43,546 nt of DNA from positions 1-43,546 of IMG/VR virus record IMGVR_UViG_3300010052_000189. One strand, written 5' to 3'. A model generated the notes under the pieces. The model made no database searches. It had not been told where the DNA came from and saw only the letters and a program-made list of their open reading frames with translations. Below are positions 7,850-16,756 of this stretch, in pieces (the stretch's first letter is position 1; each line of letters starts with the position of its first letter). Both the position numbers and the translations under genes were made by a program. This stretch comes from a virus. Its lineage: Duplodnaviria; Caudoviricetes.

Positions 7850-8169
7850 ACCCCGCATCACAAGCCGCCCCGGTCGGTGAAGCCGTCATCCAGCTGCGGC
7901 CGGCCAACGAGCACCACCTGCAGCTGCGGCTGGCCGGTCGGATCGGCCGGGAGTTTACGCGTGAGCAGGTTGCGGACCTGGCCGAGGCGCTGTCGGCCTG
8001 CGAGCCGGAGCACGCGCAATCGCTCATCTCCGCCTTCCTGCCCGGGTTCTCGCCGGCTGAATATGCGGGGCTATTGCGCGCGGTGCGCGAGTTCGAGCGC
8101 CTGGCGGCCCTCGAAGCGGAGCGCGAGAATCCGCGCAACTGGCGCAACACGGTGAGGCTGCCGCTGTGA
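7846..8169 (+). CDS. Hypothetical protein
   Basis: GGGAG RBS; ATGA/GTGA overlaps on both sides. Confidence 0.6.
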   Translation: MNPASQAAPVGEAVIQLRPANEHHLQLRLAGRIGREFTREQVADLAEALSACEPEHAQSLISAFLPGFSPAEYAGLLRAVREFERLAALEAERENPRNWRNTVRLPL

Positions 8170-9905
8170 GCGCCCTGGTCAAGGATATCGACCTGGGCTT
8201 GCTCGATCGGCGTGCTGATGCGCGCGCCGTCGATGCCGACAAGGTGCGCGCCATTGCGTCGTCGATGGTCGATGTAGGGCAGATCAATCCGATCCGGGTG
8301 CGCCAGAAAGAGGGCGGCCGTTTCGAGATCGTCGCCGGGGTGCACCGGGTCGAGGCCTGCCGGTCGCTCGGGCTCGCCGAGGTCGACGCGCTGATCGTCG
8401 AAAGCGGCGACCTGTTCGCCGAGCTGGCGATGATCGACGAGAACCTCTGCCGCGCCGACCTCGGCCCAGCCGACCGGGCGCGGCAGATGGCGCGCCGCAA
8501 GGCGATCTATGAGGAATTGCACCCGGAAGTGCAGCATGGCGGCGCCCGCAGCGAGCCAGCAAGTCGCCAAGTTGGCGACTTGAACCAGCCGGCACCACCG
8601 CAGGCGGAGCGGTTCACCGCCGACACGGCACGGCAGACCGGAACATCGGAACGCACGGTGCAGCGGGAGGCCGAGCGCGGCGAGAAGATTTCACCCGACG
8701 TGCTGGAGCTGATCCGCGGGACTGATCTCGACACCGGGACCTATCTCGATGGCCTGAAGCGTTTCGCGCCCGACCGGCAACGCATGATGGTGGAGCGGGA
8801 TCTTGAGGCGCTGCGCCTGCGCGAGGTCAATGGGGCGCGCGCCATCGCACCGCGTCGACAGGAGCCGGCAGACAGCCTCGACTTTTTCCCGACGCCGCCC
8901 TGGGCCACACGGGCCCTGCTCGAGGACGTGCTGCTCGCCGTGTTTGGCGAGAGCATCGAGGGGCTGCAGGTGTGGGAGCCGGCATGCGGTGAAGGCCACA
9001 TCAGCGGCGTACTCGAGGAATATGGCGCGAAGGTCGCGGCCACGGACATCTTCGACTATTCGCTGGATGGGCGGTCGCCGCCCGGATGGCGCGGCACTAC
9101 TGACTTCCTCGATCCCGACCAGGGCGGCTCGCCCGACTGGATTATCACCAATACGCCGTTCGGGCCCGTCGCTCTAGAAATGGCGCTGAAGGCTTTGCGG
9201 CTGACGAAGCGCGGCCTGGCGCTGTTCGTGCGACAGCAATGGCTGGAAACGCCCGGCCGGTACGAACGCCTGTTTAAGGATCAGCCGCCGGCGATCTATG
9301 CGCAGTTCGTGGAGCGCGTGCCGCTGCACAAGGGCAGGTGGGAGCCCGAGGGCGACACCCTGACGGCCTACTGCTGGCTGGTGTGGTTTCCCGGCCGCGC
9401 TGCTGCGGGCACGCGGATGATCTGGATTCCGCCCGGGCGGCGCGAGGTGCGCTCGCGGGTCGACGATGTGGAGCGCTTCACGGCGCACCCAGTGATGCCA
9501 GTTTCCCGGCATGGTGCCGAGGAAGCGGCGGCGGGGGGAGACTGCCCGGATTCCCCCGCTGCCGAAACAGTTACCGGCGGAGCCACCCAGCCGGCGGCCG
9601 CGACCGGGGAGGACGATCCCTCGGCCTCTCCCGTCGATCCTGCGTTCGCACTGTATCGGCAGCTGGTGGCTGCCGATCAGCACCGCGGCCAGCACAGCAA
9701 GGCGACTGCCGAGCCAATCCTGCGGGCGGCCTATGCGTGCGAGCCAGTCATCCCAACCAAGACGATAGCCGCCGATATCGGCGCGCCGATCGGGTCGGTG
9801 CTGGGCTGGGCAAGCCGGCTCGACCTGACGCGGCTCGATCGGCGGGGCGGGCCGGGCGGCATTGGGCGACCCAAGCAGGAGGCAGCAAATGCCCTCGATC
9901 GGTAA
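8166..9905 (+). CDS. ParB/Srx N-terminal domain fused to an amino-methyltransferase-like domain and a C-terminal HTH-like tail
   Basis: GQINPIRV..FEIVAGVHRVEAC..IDENLCRADL (ParB); DFFPTPPWAT, WEPACGEGHI (SAM binding), DWIITNTPF (motif IV variant), AYCWLVW. Confidence 0.8.
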   Translation: MSALVKDIDLGLLDRRADARAVDADKVRAIASSMVDVGQINPIRVRQKEGGRFEIVAGVHRVEACRSLGLAEVDALIVESGDLFAELAMIDENLCRADLGPADRARQMARRKAIYEELHPEVQHGGARSEPASRQVGDLNQPAPPQAERFTADTARQTGTSERTVQREAERGEKISPDVLELIRGTDLDTGTYLDGLKRFAPDRQRMMVERDLEALRLREVNGARAIAPRRQEPADSLDFFPTPPWATRALLEDVLLAVFGESIEGLQVWEPACGEGHISGVLEEYGAKVAATDIFDYSLDGRSPPGWRGTTDFLDPDQGGSPDWIITNTPFGPVALEMALKALRLTKRGLALFVRQQWLETPGRYERLFKDQPPAIYAQFVERVPLHKGRWEPEGDTLTAYCWLVWFPGRAAAGTRMIWIPPGRREVRSRVDDVERFTAHPVMPVSRHGAEEAAAGGDCPDSPAAETVTGGATQPAAATGEDDPSASPVDPAFALYRQLVAADQHRGQHSKATAEPILRAAYACEPVIPTKTIAADIGAPIGSVLGWASRLDLTRLDRRGGPGGIGRPKQEAANALDR

Positions 9906-10278
9906 GCAGACCCGGAAGCGTCTCGCAGAGAAATACGCGCCGACCGCGGTGACCCCAGAGCCGCGCAAAACCACTCCGCTCGATGCGAAACCGGGTGACC
10001 GGACACTCTGGCGCCTGGTGCAGGCCCGGCTCGAGGCTGGCGGCAGCTGGGAAACGATCGCTGAGGAACTCGGCTGCCCCTGGCAGGAAGTCGTCGACTG
10101 GGTGCTCGCCTACAAGGAAGAGCGCCAGCGGGGTTTCGCCAATGCCGGCGCGCGCGACCACTACGCCTTCGTCGATGTGCACGATCGCGACGCCAGCGTC
10201 GCCGCCAATGCCCAGCGCTTCGCCACCTGGCGCAAGCAGCGGGATGGCGTGCGGGCGGCCGCAGCGATCAACTCGTAA
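9889..10278 (+). CDS. Hypothetical HTH-containing protein, 129 aa
   Basis: AGGAGG RBS before ATG 9889; GSWETIAEELGCPWQEVVDW HTH-like segment. Confidence 0.6.
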   Translation: MPSIGKQTRKRLAEKYAPTAVTPEPRKTTPLDAKPGDRTLWRLVQARLEAGGSWETIAEELGCPWQEVVDWVLAYKEERQRGFANAGARDHYAFVDVHDRDASVAANAQRFATWRKQRDGVRAAAAINS

Positions 10279-10295
10279 ATCTGGAGAAGGGGCCA

Positions 10296-10961
10296 ATGAT
10301 GGGCATGGGTCACAACACGGCGTCGGCGCAGGAGCTGATGACCTTCATCGAGCGTCGCGAAAAGCTCGAGGCGGACAAGCGCGATATTGGCGCCGACATC
10401 AAGGTGGTGAACGCCGAGATCGCTTCGGCAGGTTTCGACACCAAGATTGTTGCCGCGGTGCTGAAGATCAGGCGAGCGAAGCCGCACGACTATCAGGAAG
10501 CGCAGGCACTGCTCGATACCTATCTGCACGCCTTGGGGATGGCGACGGACCCGCCGCTCAGCCGCTTCATGGCCAACGCCGCGGTGGACAAGGCCTCGCT
10601 CGAATCCGTCTGCGCCTACATGGAGCCGGCAGTGCCGCCCACGGGCAGCGGACACATCGACGTCAATGTCGGTGGTCGCACCTTCCGACTGACCCGCGAC
10701 CTGTTCGGCGAAGTGTCACGCACCGAAGTGATGGAGCAGGCTAAGGCGCCCAAGCCGACGGCACCGAAAGGCACGCCGCCGAGCCGCGAACCGGTGCCTG
10801 AGGTCGATGCCGACGGCGCCGAAGCGCTCGGCCACGACTATGCGCGTGGCAACCGCCCGGTGATCGACAATCCGTTCCCGTACGGCGACCCGCGTCGCGC
10901 CCGCTTCGACAAGGGCTGGCGTGAGGAGAACGGTGGCGACGGCATGGGGCCAGAGGAATAG
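10296..10961 (+). CDS. GapR/DUF2312-domain protein with C-terminal Rmf/CrpP-like motif
   Basis: ELMTFIERREKLEADKRDIGADIK..AGFDTKIV..LLDTYLHALGM (GapR); AEALGHDYARG..NPFPYGDPRRARFDKGW (Rmf-like). Confidence 0.75.
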   Translation: MMGMGHNTASAQELMTFIERREKLEADKRDIGADIKVVNAEIASAGFDTKIVAAVLKIRRAKPHDYQEAQALLDTYLHALGMATDPPLSRFMANAAVDKASLESVCAYMEPAVPPTGSGHIDVNVGGRTFRLTRDLFGEVSRTEVMEQAKAPKPTAPKGTPPSREPVPEVDADGAEALGHDYARGNRPVIDNPFPYGDPRRARFDKGWREENGGDGMGPEE

Positions 10962-10966
10962 GCCCT

Positions 10967-11944
10967 ATGGGTGAGCGTTCAAAGCACCAGCTGAACCAGT
11001 TCGGCGACCTGTTCCTGCCGCGCGAGGCGATCGAGCCGATTCTTGCCAAGCCGGTTCGTGGGGCGCTGCTCGCCTGGTTGACCGAAATCTTCTCCGAGGA
11101 AGAACTGCGCGCCGTGGGGATCGGCCCGCGCAAGCGCGCGATTTTCGACGGCCCGCCAGGGGTGGGCAAGACGACCCTTGCGCACCACCTCAGCGCGCGG
11201 CTCGGCCTGCCGATGCTCGCCGTCCGACCGGAACGTGTCATCAGCAAGTGGGTAGGGCAGACCGGCGAGCAGATCGGCAACCTGTTCGACACTGCAGCAG
11301 CGGGATACGACGACGGTGCGGGCGGTGCGCCGCAGCCAATCGTGCTGTTTCTCGACGAGTTCGACGCATTGGGCCTGAAGCGCACCGATAGCGAAACGAG
11401 CGCCGGCGACGAAAAGAACCAGTACGTCAACACGCTGCTGCAGCGCCTCGAGCAGTTCGATGGGTTCGTCATCGCTGCCACCAACTATGGCGGTAGGGTC
11501 GACCCGGCGATCTGGCGTCGCTTCGACATGCACATCACCCTCGAACTGCCGGGGCAGTTCGAGCGCGAAGAGATCCTGAAGCGCTACCTGAAGCCGTTCG
11601 GCATGTCGCGGCGAACCCTCAAGCTGCTCGCGGAGGCGTTCTCGACGGCCAGCCCGGCGCTTATCCGGCAGTTCTGCGAGCACGTGAAGCGCTCGATCAT
11701 CATCGGCCCGAAACTCGGCCACGACATGAGCAAACGCGCGGTCATCGAGCGCGTGGTCTCTTCAGTGCAGCCACACCCCGATCTCGGCAAACCACCGATG
11801 TGGGCGACCGCTACCTCGGATCACGCCCGCGACCGGGCAGTCGAAGCCCTGCCTTGGCCGCTGCAACGCGCCGACGAGTTGCCGGCCGAGGACGCTGAAC
11901 CTGCTGCCGTTCCCAACGTCGTGCAGTTCGGGAGGCAGGGATGA
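10967..11944 (+). CDS. AAA+ ATPase (classical AAA clade)
   Basis: Walker A GPPGVGKT, pore loop SKWVGQ, Walker B LFLDEFD, AATN..DPAIWRRFD. Confidence 0.9.
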   Translation: MGERSKHQLNQFGDLFLPREAIEPILAKPVRGALLAWLTEIFSEEELRAVGIGPRKRAIFDGPPGVGKTTLAHHLSARLGLPMLAVRPERVISKWVGQTGEQIGNLFDTAAAGYDDGAGGAPQPIVLFLDEFDALGLKRTDSETSAGDEKNQYVNTLLQRLEQFDGFVIAATNYGGRVDPAIWRRFDMHITLELPGQFEREEILKRYLKPFGMSRRTLKLLAEAFSTASPALIRQFCEHVKRSIIIGPKLGHDMSKRAVIERVVSSVQPHPDLGKPPMWATATSDHARDRAVEALPWPLQRADELPAEDAEPAAVPNVVQFGRQG

Positions 11945-12228
11945 ATATCGGCTTCACCGATCGCACTGGCCTTTCGGCGCCGGATCCTCACCGCAAGGTG
12001 CGGGTCCGGTGCACGCTCCTGGAGCCGCGGATCAAGGCGCTGCTGGTGGTGGATGCCGCGCGGGTCTCCGCCTGGCTACCGCGCAGCAAGATCTCGATCG
12101 AGGAAGGCGGCGGGGGCACAGGCGCGCTGCGCCCGGGGCAGCAGCTGCGCATCACCATGCCGGCCTGGCTGGCCGAGCGCGAGGGGCTGACCGTGGTGGT
12201 CGGCGACGGGCAGGGGGACTTGTTTTGA
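11941..12228 (+). CDS. Hypothetical protein
   Basis: Coupled overlaps; WLPRSKI..ITMPAWLAEREGL phage-type motif. Confidence 0.65.
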   Translation: MNIGFTDRTGLSAPDPHRKVRVRCTLLEPRIKALLVVDAARVSAWLPRSKISIEEGGGGTGALRPGQQLRITMPAWLAEREGLTVVVGDGQGDLF

Positions 12229-14342
12229 ACGCCATATCTCCGGGGGCATGGGGCCTCGACAACCGCATGACGGTGGTGCTGTTCGCCGGCATGGGCGGCG
12301 GCTGCGACGGGCTGGAGCAGGCGGGCTTTCACGTCCACCTGGCGGTAAACCACGACCCGATCGCCATCGCCGTGCACAAGGCACGGCACCCGCACACCGA
12401 ACACATCCAGACCGACGTGTTCGAGGTCGACCCTCGGAAGGCCACCAAGGGGCGAGGCGTTCGGTTTCTGCATGCCTCGCCAGACTGCACCCATTTCTCC
12501 GTGGCGAAGGGCTCGAAGCCGGTCAGTAAGCGGCGGCGGTCGCTGGCATGGGTGATCATCCGCTGGCTCGGCCAGGCGCACCCCGAGGTCGTGACGCTGG
12601 AGAACGTGCGCGAGATCACGACATGGGGCCTGCTGATCGCCAAACGCGACAAGGCGACCGGCCGGGTGATGCGGCTTGACGGCAGTGTCGCTGCCAAGGG
12701 CGAGCGGGTGCCGGTGCAGGATCAGTGGCTGGTGCCGGATCCTCGTCACAAGGGGCGCATCTGGCGGGCGTTCTGCCGGCACGCGGCCGCGCTCGGCTAC
12801 AATTTCGAGTACCGGGTGATCAACTTCGCCAACCTGGGTGTGGCAACGATCCGGACCCGCCTGATGGGGGTGATGCGCGCCGATGGCCATCCGATCGTCT
12901 GGCCAGAGCAGACGCATGCGCCACGCAGCAAAGCCAAGTCGCAGAAGCTGAAGCCATGGGTCGGATCGCATACCGCCATCGACTGGACGCTGCCGATGAA
13001 GTCGATCTTCGGTCGGAAGAAGCCGCTGGCCGATGCCACGCTGCGGCGGATCGCGCGTGGCGTCATGCGCTTCGTCGTGAACTCGCCCGACCCCTTCATT
13101 GTGCCGATCACCCACGCCGGGGATGTCCGGGTGCATTCGATCGACGAGCCGCTGCGCACCCTCACGACAGCGCATCGCGGCGAGCATGCGCTGATCGTGC
13201 CAACGCTGGCCGGCGCCGGCGGCAGGGCGGCGCAGACACAGCCCCGCGACCTGCGCGATCCTCTGAACACCACGTCGACGAAAGAGGACAGGATCCTCTC
13301 GGCGGTGCACATCGAGAAGTTCAGCGAGAACTCAGCCGGCCTAGACCCGCGCGAACCGCTAAATACGGTGATGGCTGGCGGGCAGGGGCACGCAGTGCTC
13401 GGAGCCAATCTTGCCGCCCTCTCGATGGTGGGTCTCGCACACGGCGAGGGGCAGGGGAGCGGTAACCGTGATCACGCGGTGACCGAGCCGTTGAAGACCT
13501 TGCACGCCGGGGGCGGGAACGAGGCCTTGGTCGCGGCGCACCTGACGCACTTCCGCACGGGAGCCGTTGGCAGCGACCTCGATGATCCTCTTCCGACCTA
13601 CACGGCAAACAGCTTCCATAAACGGCCCGGCGGCGCTCCGCCGCTCGGCATTGCGGCCGTCACCATGGTGCAGACCGGCTATGGCGAACGCGACGGCCAG
13701 GCGCCACGGATCAAAGATATCGAGGATCCGCTCGGCACCCAGGTCGCGGGTGGCAGCAAGGAAGCGCTGGTCGCGGCATTCCTCGCCAAGCACAACACCG
13801 ACGTGGTGGGCAACGACTTGCGCGACCCCATGTCGACAGTGACCACCGGCGGCGAGCGCGGCCAGACCCAGATCGCGCCGGTGATCGCTTCGCTTCGTGG
13901 TTCGGCCAAAGGCGGCCGAGACGTCCGCGATCCGCTTCCCACGCAGACGGCCGACGGCAACCACGAAATGCTGATCCTGCCGTTCCTGCAAACCTACTAC
14001 GGCAGCGGGGAGAACAGCCACGACGCGCGCGACCCGCTGCACACCGTCACCGTCAACGATCGGCACGGCTTGGTGACGATCGAGGTCAACGGCCAGACGA
14101 TGGTGATCACCGACATCTGCATGCGCATGCTCGACCCGTTAGAAGGTGCGCGGGCGCACGGGTTCGACCCAGCCTCGCTGCAGCTCGAGATTGAGGTCAC
14201 CGACAAGCGTGGAAAGGTTGTGCGGCGGAAGCCGAACAAGACCGAGATCGGCCACCTCGTCGGCAACAGTGTGCCGCCTCTGCCGGTGAAGCTGCTGGCG
14301 GAGTTGAACGGCCGCCGCGAGCTGATGGTGGCGGCGGAATGA
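12225..14342 (+). CDS. DNA (cytosine-5) methyltransferase with repeat-expanded variable region
   Basis: LFAGMGG (I), SPDCTHFS (IV), ENV (VI), RTR (VIII), RML..ARAHGF (IX), GNSVPP (X); TTG start overlaps the upstream TGA (ATG 12267 alternative). Confidence 0.92.
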   Translation: MNAISPGAWGLDNRMTVVLFAGMGGGCDGLEQAGFHVHLAVNHDPIAIAVHKARHPHTEHIQTDVFEVDPRKATKGRGVRFLHASPDCTHFSVAKGSKPVSKRRRSLAWVIIRWLGQAHPEVVTLENVREITTWGLLIAKRDKATGRVMRLDGSVAAKGERVPVQDQWLVPDPRHKGRIWRAFCRHAAALGYNFEYRVINFANLGVATIRTRLMGVMRADGHPIVWPEQTHAPRSKAKSQKLKPWVGSHTAIDWTLPMKSIFGRKKPLADATLRRIARGVMRFVVNSPDPFIVPITHAGDVRVHSIDEPLRTLTTAHRGEHALIVPTLAGAGGRAAQTQPRDLRDPLNTTSTKEDRILSAVHIEKFSENSAGLDPREPLNTVMAGGQGHAVLGANLAALSMVGLAHGEGQGSGNRDHAVTEPLKTLHAGGGNEALVAAHLTHFRTGAVGSDLDDPLPTYTANSFHKRPGGAPPLGIAAVTMVQTGYGERDGQAPRIKDIEDPLGTQVAGGSKEALVAAFLAKHNTDVVGNDLRDPMSTVTTGGERGQTQIAPVIASLRGSAKGGRDVRDPLPTQTADGNHEMLILPFLQTYYGSGENSHDARDPLHTVTVNDRHGLVTIEVNGQTMVITDICMRMLDPLEGARAHGFDPASLQLEIEVTDKRGKVVRRKPNKTEIGHLVGNSVPPLPVKLLAELNGRRELMVAAE

Positions 14343-14518
14343 ACGCCGGGACCAAGCAGACCATCCTCTTTCTGCGCGAACGCGCCAGCTACTACGGGCT
14401 GCGCGCGAAAGCGGGGCAGGACAGGCAGGCAGACCGGGACCGGGCGATCTCTCGCGCCTATTGCGCGGACGCTCGATCGCTCGAATCCGACGCGACCGAC
14501 GACGAGGCATCGAAATGA
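14339..14518 (+). CDS. 59-aa hypothetical protein (not in ORF track)
   Basis: MNAGTKQTILFLRERASYYGLR..; ATGA overlaps with both flanking MTase genes. Confidence 0.55.
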   Translation: MNAGTKQTILFLRERASYYGLRAKAGQDRQADRDRAISRAYCADARSLESDATDDEASK

Positions 14519-15396
14519 GTTCGCCCACCCGTCCAGTTCTGCGCTGGCATGGCGGCAAGTGGTTGCTGGCGCCCTGGATTATCGGGTTTTTCCCGAAACA
14601 CCGGGTTTATGCCGAGCCGTTCGGCGGGGCCGCCAGCGTGCTGCTGCGCAAGCCGCGCGCCCATGCGGAGGTCTACAACGACCTCGATGCGACGGTGGTG
14701 AATGTGTTCCGCGTGCTGCGCGACCCGGCCTCCGCGGCGGAGCTGGCTCGGCGACTGGCGCTCACGCCGTTCGCTCGAGCTGAGTTCGATATGAGCTATG
14801 AGCCGGCCGGAGACCCTGTCGACGCGGCGCACAAGACGATGGTGCGCAGCTTCATGGGCTTCGGATCGGACTCGATCACCCGCACATGCCGAACCGGATT
14901 CCGGGCGGCGCTGACGGGCGGCGGCGATGCCTTTCCCTCTCGTGAGTGGGGCGGGTTCCACGAACTGATCGAGCTTTACACAGAGCGCCTGCGCGGTGTG
15001 CTGATCGAACAGCGTCCCGCTCTGGAGGTAATCGAGCGCGTCGATGATTATGACGTGTTGCTGTTTCTTGATCCGCCCTATGTCGTGTCGACACGCTCGG
15101 CAATGGCGAACGGGCGCAGCAAAGTGCACGGGTACGTGCACGAGCTCACAGACGATGACCACGCCGAGCTACTCGATCGCCTGGTCACGCTGCGAAGCAT
15201 GGTCGTGCTGTCGGGGTATCCGCATCCGCTATACGACGCGCGGCTTAAGGGCTGGGCCCGCTATGAGCGGGAAGCTTTGGCTGATGGGGCGAAGCGCCGA
15301 ACGGAGGTGGTCTGGATTAATCCGGCTTGCGCTGAGGCGCTCGCGGCCGAGGGACGGCGTGCTGAGCAGTTGAGCTTCCTCGAGGCGGCCGAATGA
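14515..15396 (+). CDS. D12-class (Dam-like) N6-adenine DNA methyltransferase
   Basis: LRWHGGKW, YAEPFGGAASV, EVYNDLD, FLDPPY, VVLSGY; target specificity unknown. Confidence 0.92.
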   Translation: MSSPTRPVLRWHGGKWLLAPWIIGFFPKHRVYAEPFGGAASVLLRKPRAHAEVYNDLDATVVNVFRVLRDPASAAELARRLALTPFARAEFDMSYEPAGDPVDAAHKTMVRSFMGFGSDSITRTCRTGFRAALTGGGDAFPSREWGGFHELIELYTERLRGVLIEQRPALEVIERVDDYDVLLFLDPPYVVSTRSAMANGRSKVHGYVHELTDDDHAELLDRLVTLRSMVVLSGYPHPLYDARLKGWARYEREALADGAKRRTEVVWINPACAEALAAEGRRAEQLSFLEAAE

Positions 15397-15863
15397 ACGC
15401 CATCCAGCCCTTTCTCTTTGGTGACGTTTGGGTGCCAGTGCGGGATGGCAACGACACCGTCCGCGCCATCTTTGATCGACACTACTCGCGCTACCGGTAC
15501 GCGGATGGTCGCCGGCCGCTGATCTTCGTCGGGCCCGGCGAAAAGATGGTGCTCATGACACCCGACGCTCGGGCGATCTTCGTGTGGCGGAAGTTCCGCA
15601 GCGCCGATGGTCAGCAAGGCGTCAATTGCGCGGTGTTTCGCAACGAGCGGCCGACCCATCGGGCGGACAGTTCCGAACTCGTGCGGGCGGCCGATGCGCT
15701 GGCTGACCAGCGCTGGCCAGGTGAGCGTCATTACACGTACGTCGATCCCCGCGCGGTCGCGTCACCCAACCCCGGCTATTGCTTCATTGTAGCTGGTTGG
15801 CAGCCGTGCGGTGTGACCAAGGCCCGAAGGCTTCGCATCCTTGAGCGGAGGGCGGCCGCATGA
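15393..15863 (+). CDS. Mom-like GNAT-fold putative DNA base-modification enzyme
   Basis: DRHYSR, SSELVRAA..WP, YTYVDP, NPGYCFIVAGW..G parallel the motif order I recall for Mu Mom; coupled to the Dam-like gene. Confidence 0.6.
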   Translation: MNAIQPFLFGDVWVPVRDGNDTVRAIFDRHYSRYRYADGRRPLIFVGPGEKMVLMTPDARAIFVWRKFRSADGQQGVNCAVFRNERPTHRADSSELVRAADALADQRWPGERHYTYVDPRAVASPNPGYCFIVAGWQPCGVTKARRLRILERRAAA

Positions 15864-16756
15864 ACCTGACCGATGCTGCCTTGCGCTTCCTCGCTGCCCG
15901 GATGCCTGCCGGCGAGCTCGCCGAACTGTTCATCCTCGAGCGTGCCGAAAGGGCGCGGCTGCGGGCTGAGCGTCGTGCCGCTCGCCTGGCTGCCGGCATC
16001 GCCGCCAAGCTGAACGAGGCGGACTCGCCGCGTCCGGTTGAGTCCGGGTCGATCGAGCCCGTGCAGTCGGTGGGCGGGCCTGTGAAGGACCGGGCTCGGC
16101 GCGGGCTGATGCTGGCCAGCCAGCTGAAGCCGGCAACGCGTGCCGTGGGTGCGGTGCTGATCGAGCGGTTCAACCTGCGTAGCGGCCGGTGTGACCCCGG
16201 CATCGGCGATATCGCCAGCAAAACCGGGCTCTCCGACCGCTCGGTGCGGCGGGCGCTGGCCGATCTCGATGCGCGCGGGCTGATCGTCCGCATCGTGCAT
16301 GGCGGGATGCGGCATGCCAATGCCTACCGGCCCGACTGGGAGAAGCTGGCGGCGCTCGTCGACTGGCCCGTGGCGCCGGCGGCAAAGATGAACGACCCGG
16401 ACTCTGGCACGACCCGGACTCTGCTGGCCGCCGACCCGGACACTGGAGTCCGCCAAAACCTCCCTCGAAACCTGCAAGCATCAGTGCGGAGGGTGAGGCC
16501 GGTAGTGCCCGATCGGCGGCAGGGTGCGTTGCTGCTGCCGATCCCCGGCAAAGCTCAGGTCGCCGAGGCCTCCGCTCAGGCGCGGCTCTGGTCGGACGTT
16601 CAGGCACATTTCACCCCGCAGGGTGCCCGTGCCTTCGAGGCGGCAACGCTGAGACTGATGGAAGGCGGGTTAGGTGAGCGCGCCGCTGAGGCTGAACAAG
16701 TCAAGCGCGGCGATGGGTTGCGGATGGTTCTTAACGTTCTACGAGAGGCAGGATGA
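15860..16756 (+). CDS. HTH replication initiator-like protein
   Basis: GRCDPGIGDIASKTGLSDRSVRRALADLDARGLI..NAY winged HTH; internal direct repeats. Confidence 0.7.
   Translation: MNLTDAALRFLAARMPAGELAELFILERAERARLRAERRAARLAAGIAAKLNEADSPRPVESGSIEPVQSVGGPVKDRARRGLMLASQLKPATRAVGAVLIERFNLRSGRCDPGIGDIASKTGLSDRSVRRALADLDARGLIVRIVHGGMRHANAYRPDWEKLAALVDWPVAPAAKMNDPDSGTTRTLLAADPDTGVRQNLPRNLQASVRRVRPVVPDRRQGALLLPIPGKAQVAEASAQARLWSDVQAHFTPQGARAFEAATLRLMEGGLGERAAEAEQVKRGDGLRMVLNVLREAG
16393..16452 (+). repeat. Iteron-like direct repeats (putative phage origin)
   Basis: CGACCCGGAC(T/A)CTG at 16393, 16410 and 16432, then an inverted half-site AGTCCG at 16447. Confidence 0.65.

Noticed and set aside
6731-7861. 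Long ORFs (6731-7861 minus, 6765-7391 plus, 7090-7785 plus) across the cro-cII gap
   Set aside because: They overlap cro/cII, lack motifs and are Arg/Ala/Pro-rich; hairpins explain the gap better, though a short ORF from ATG 7062 cannot be excluded
11988-13310. 440-aa minus-strand ORF
   Set aside because: Antisense to the C5 methyltransferase
12225-15396. Restriction-modification system
   Set aside because: No recognisable restriction endonuclease; the methyltransferases appear to be orphans
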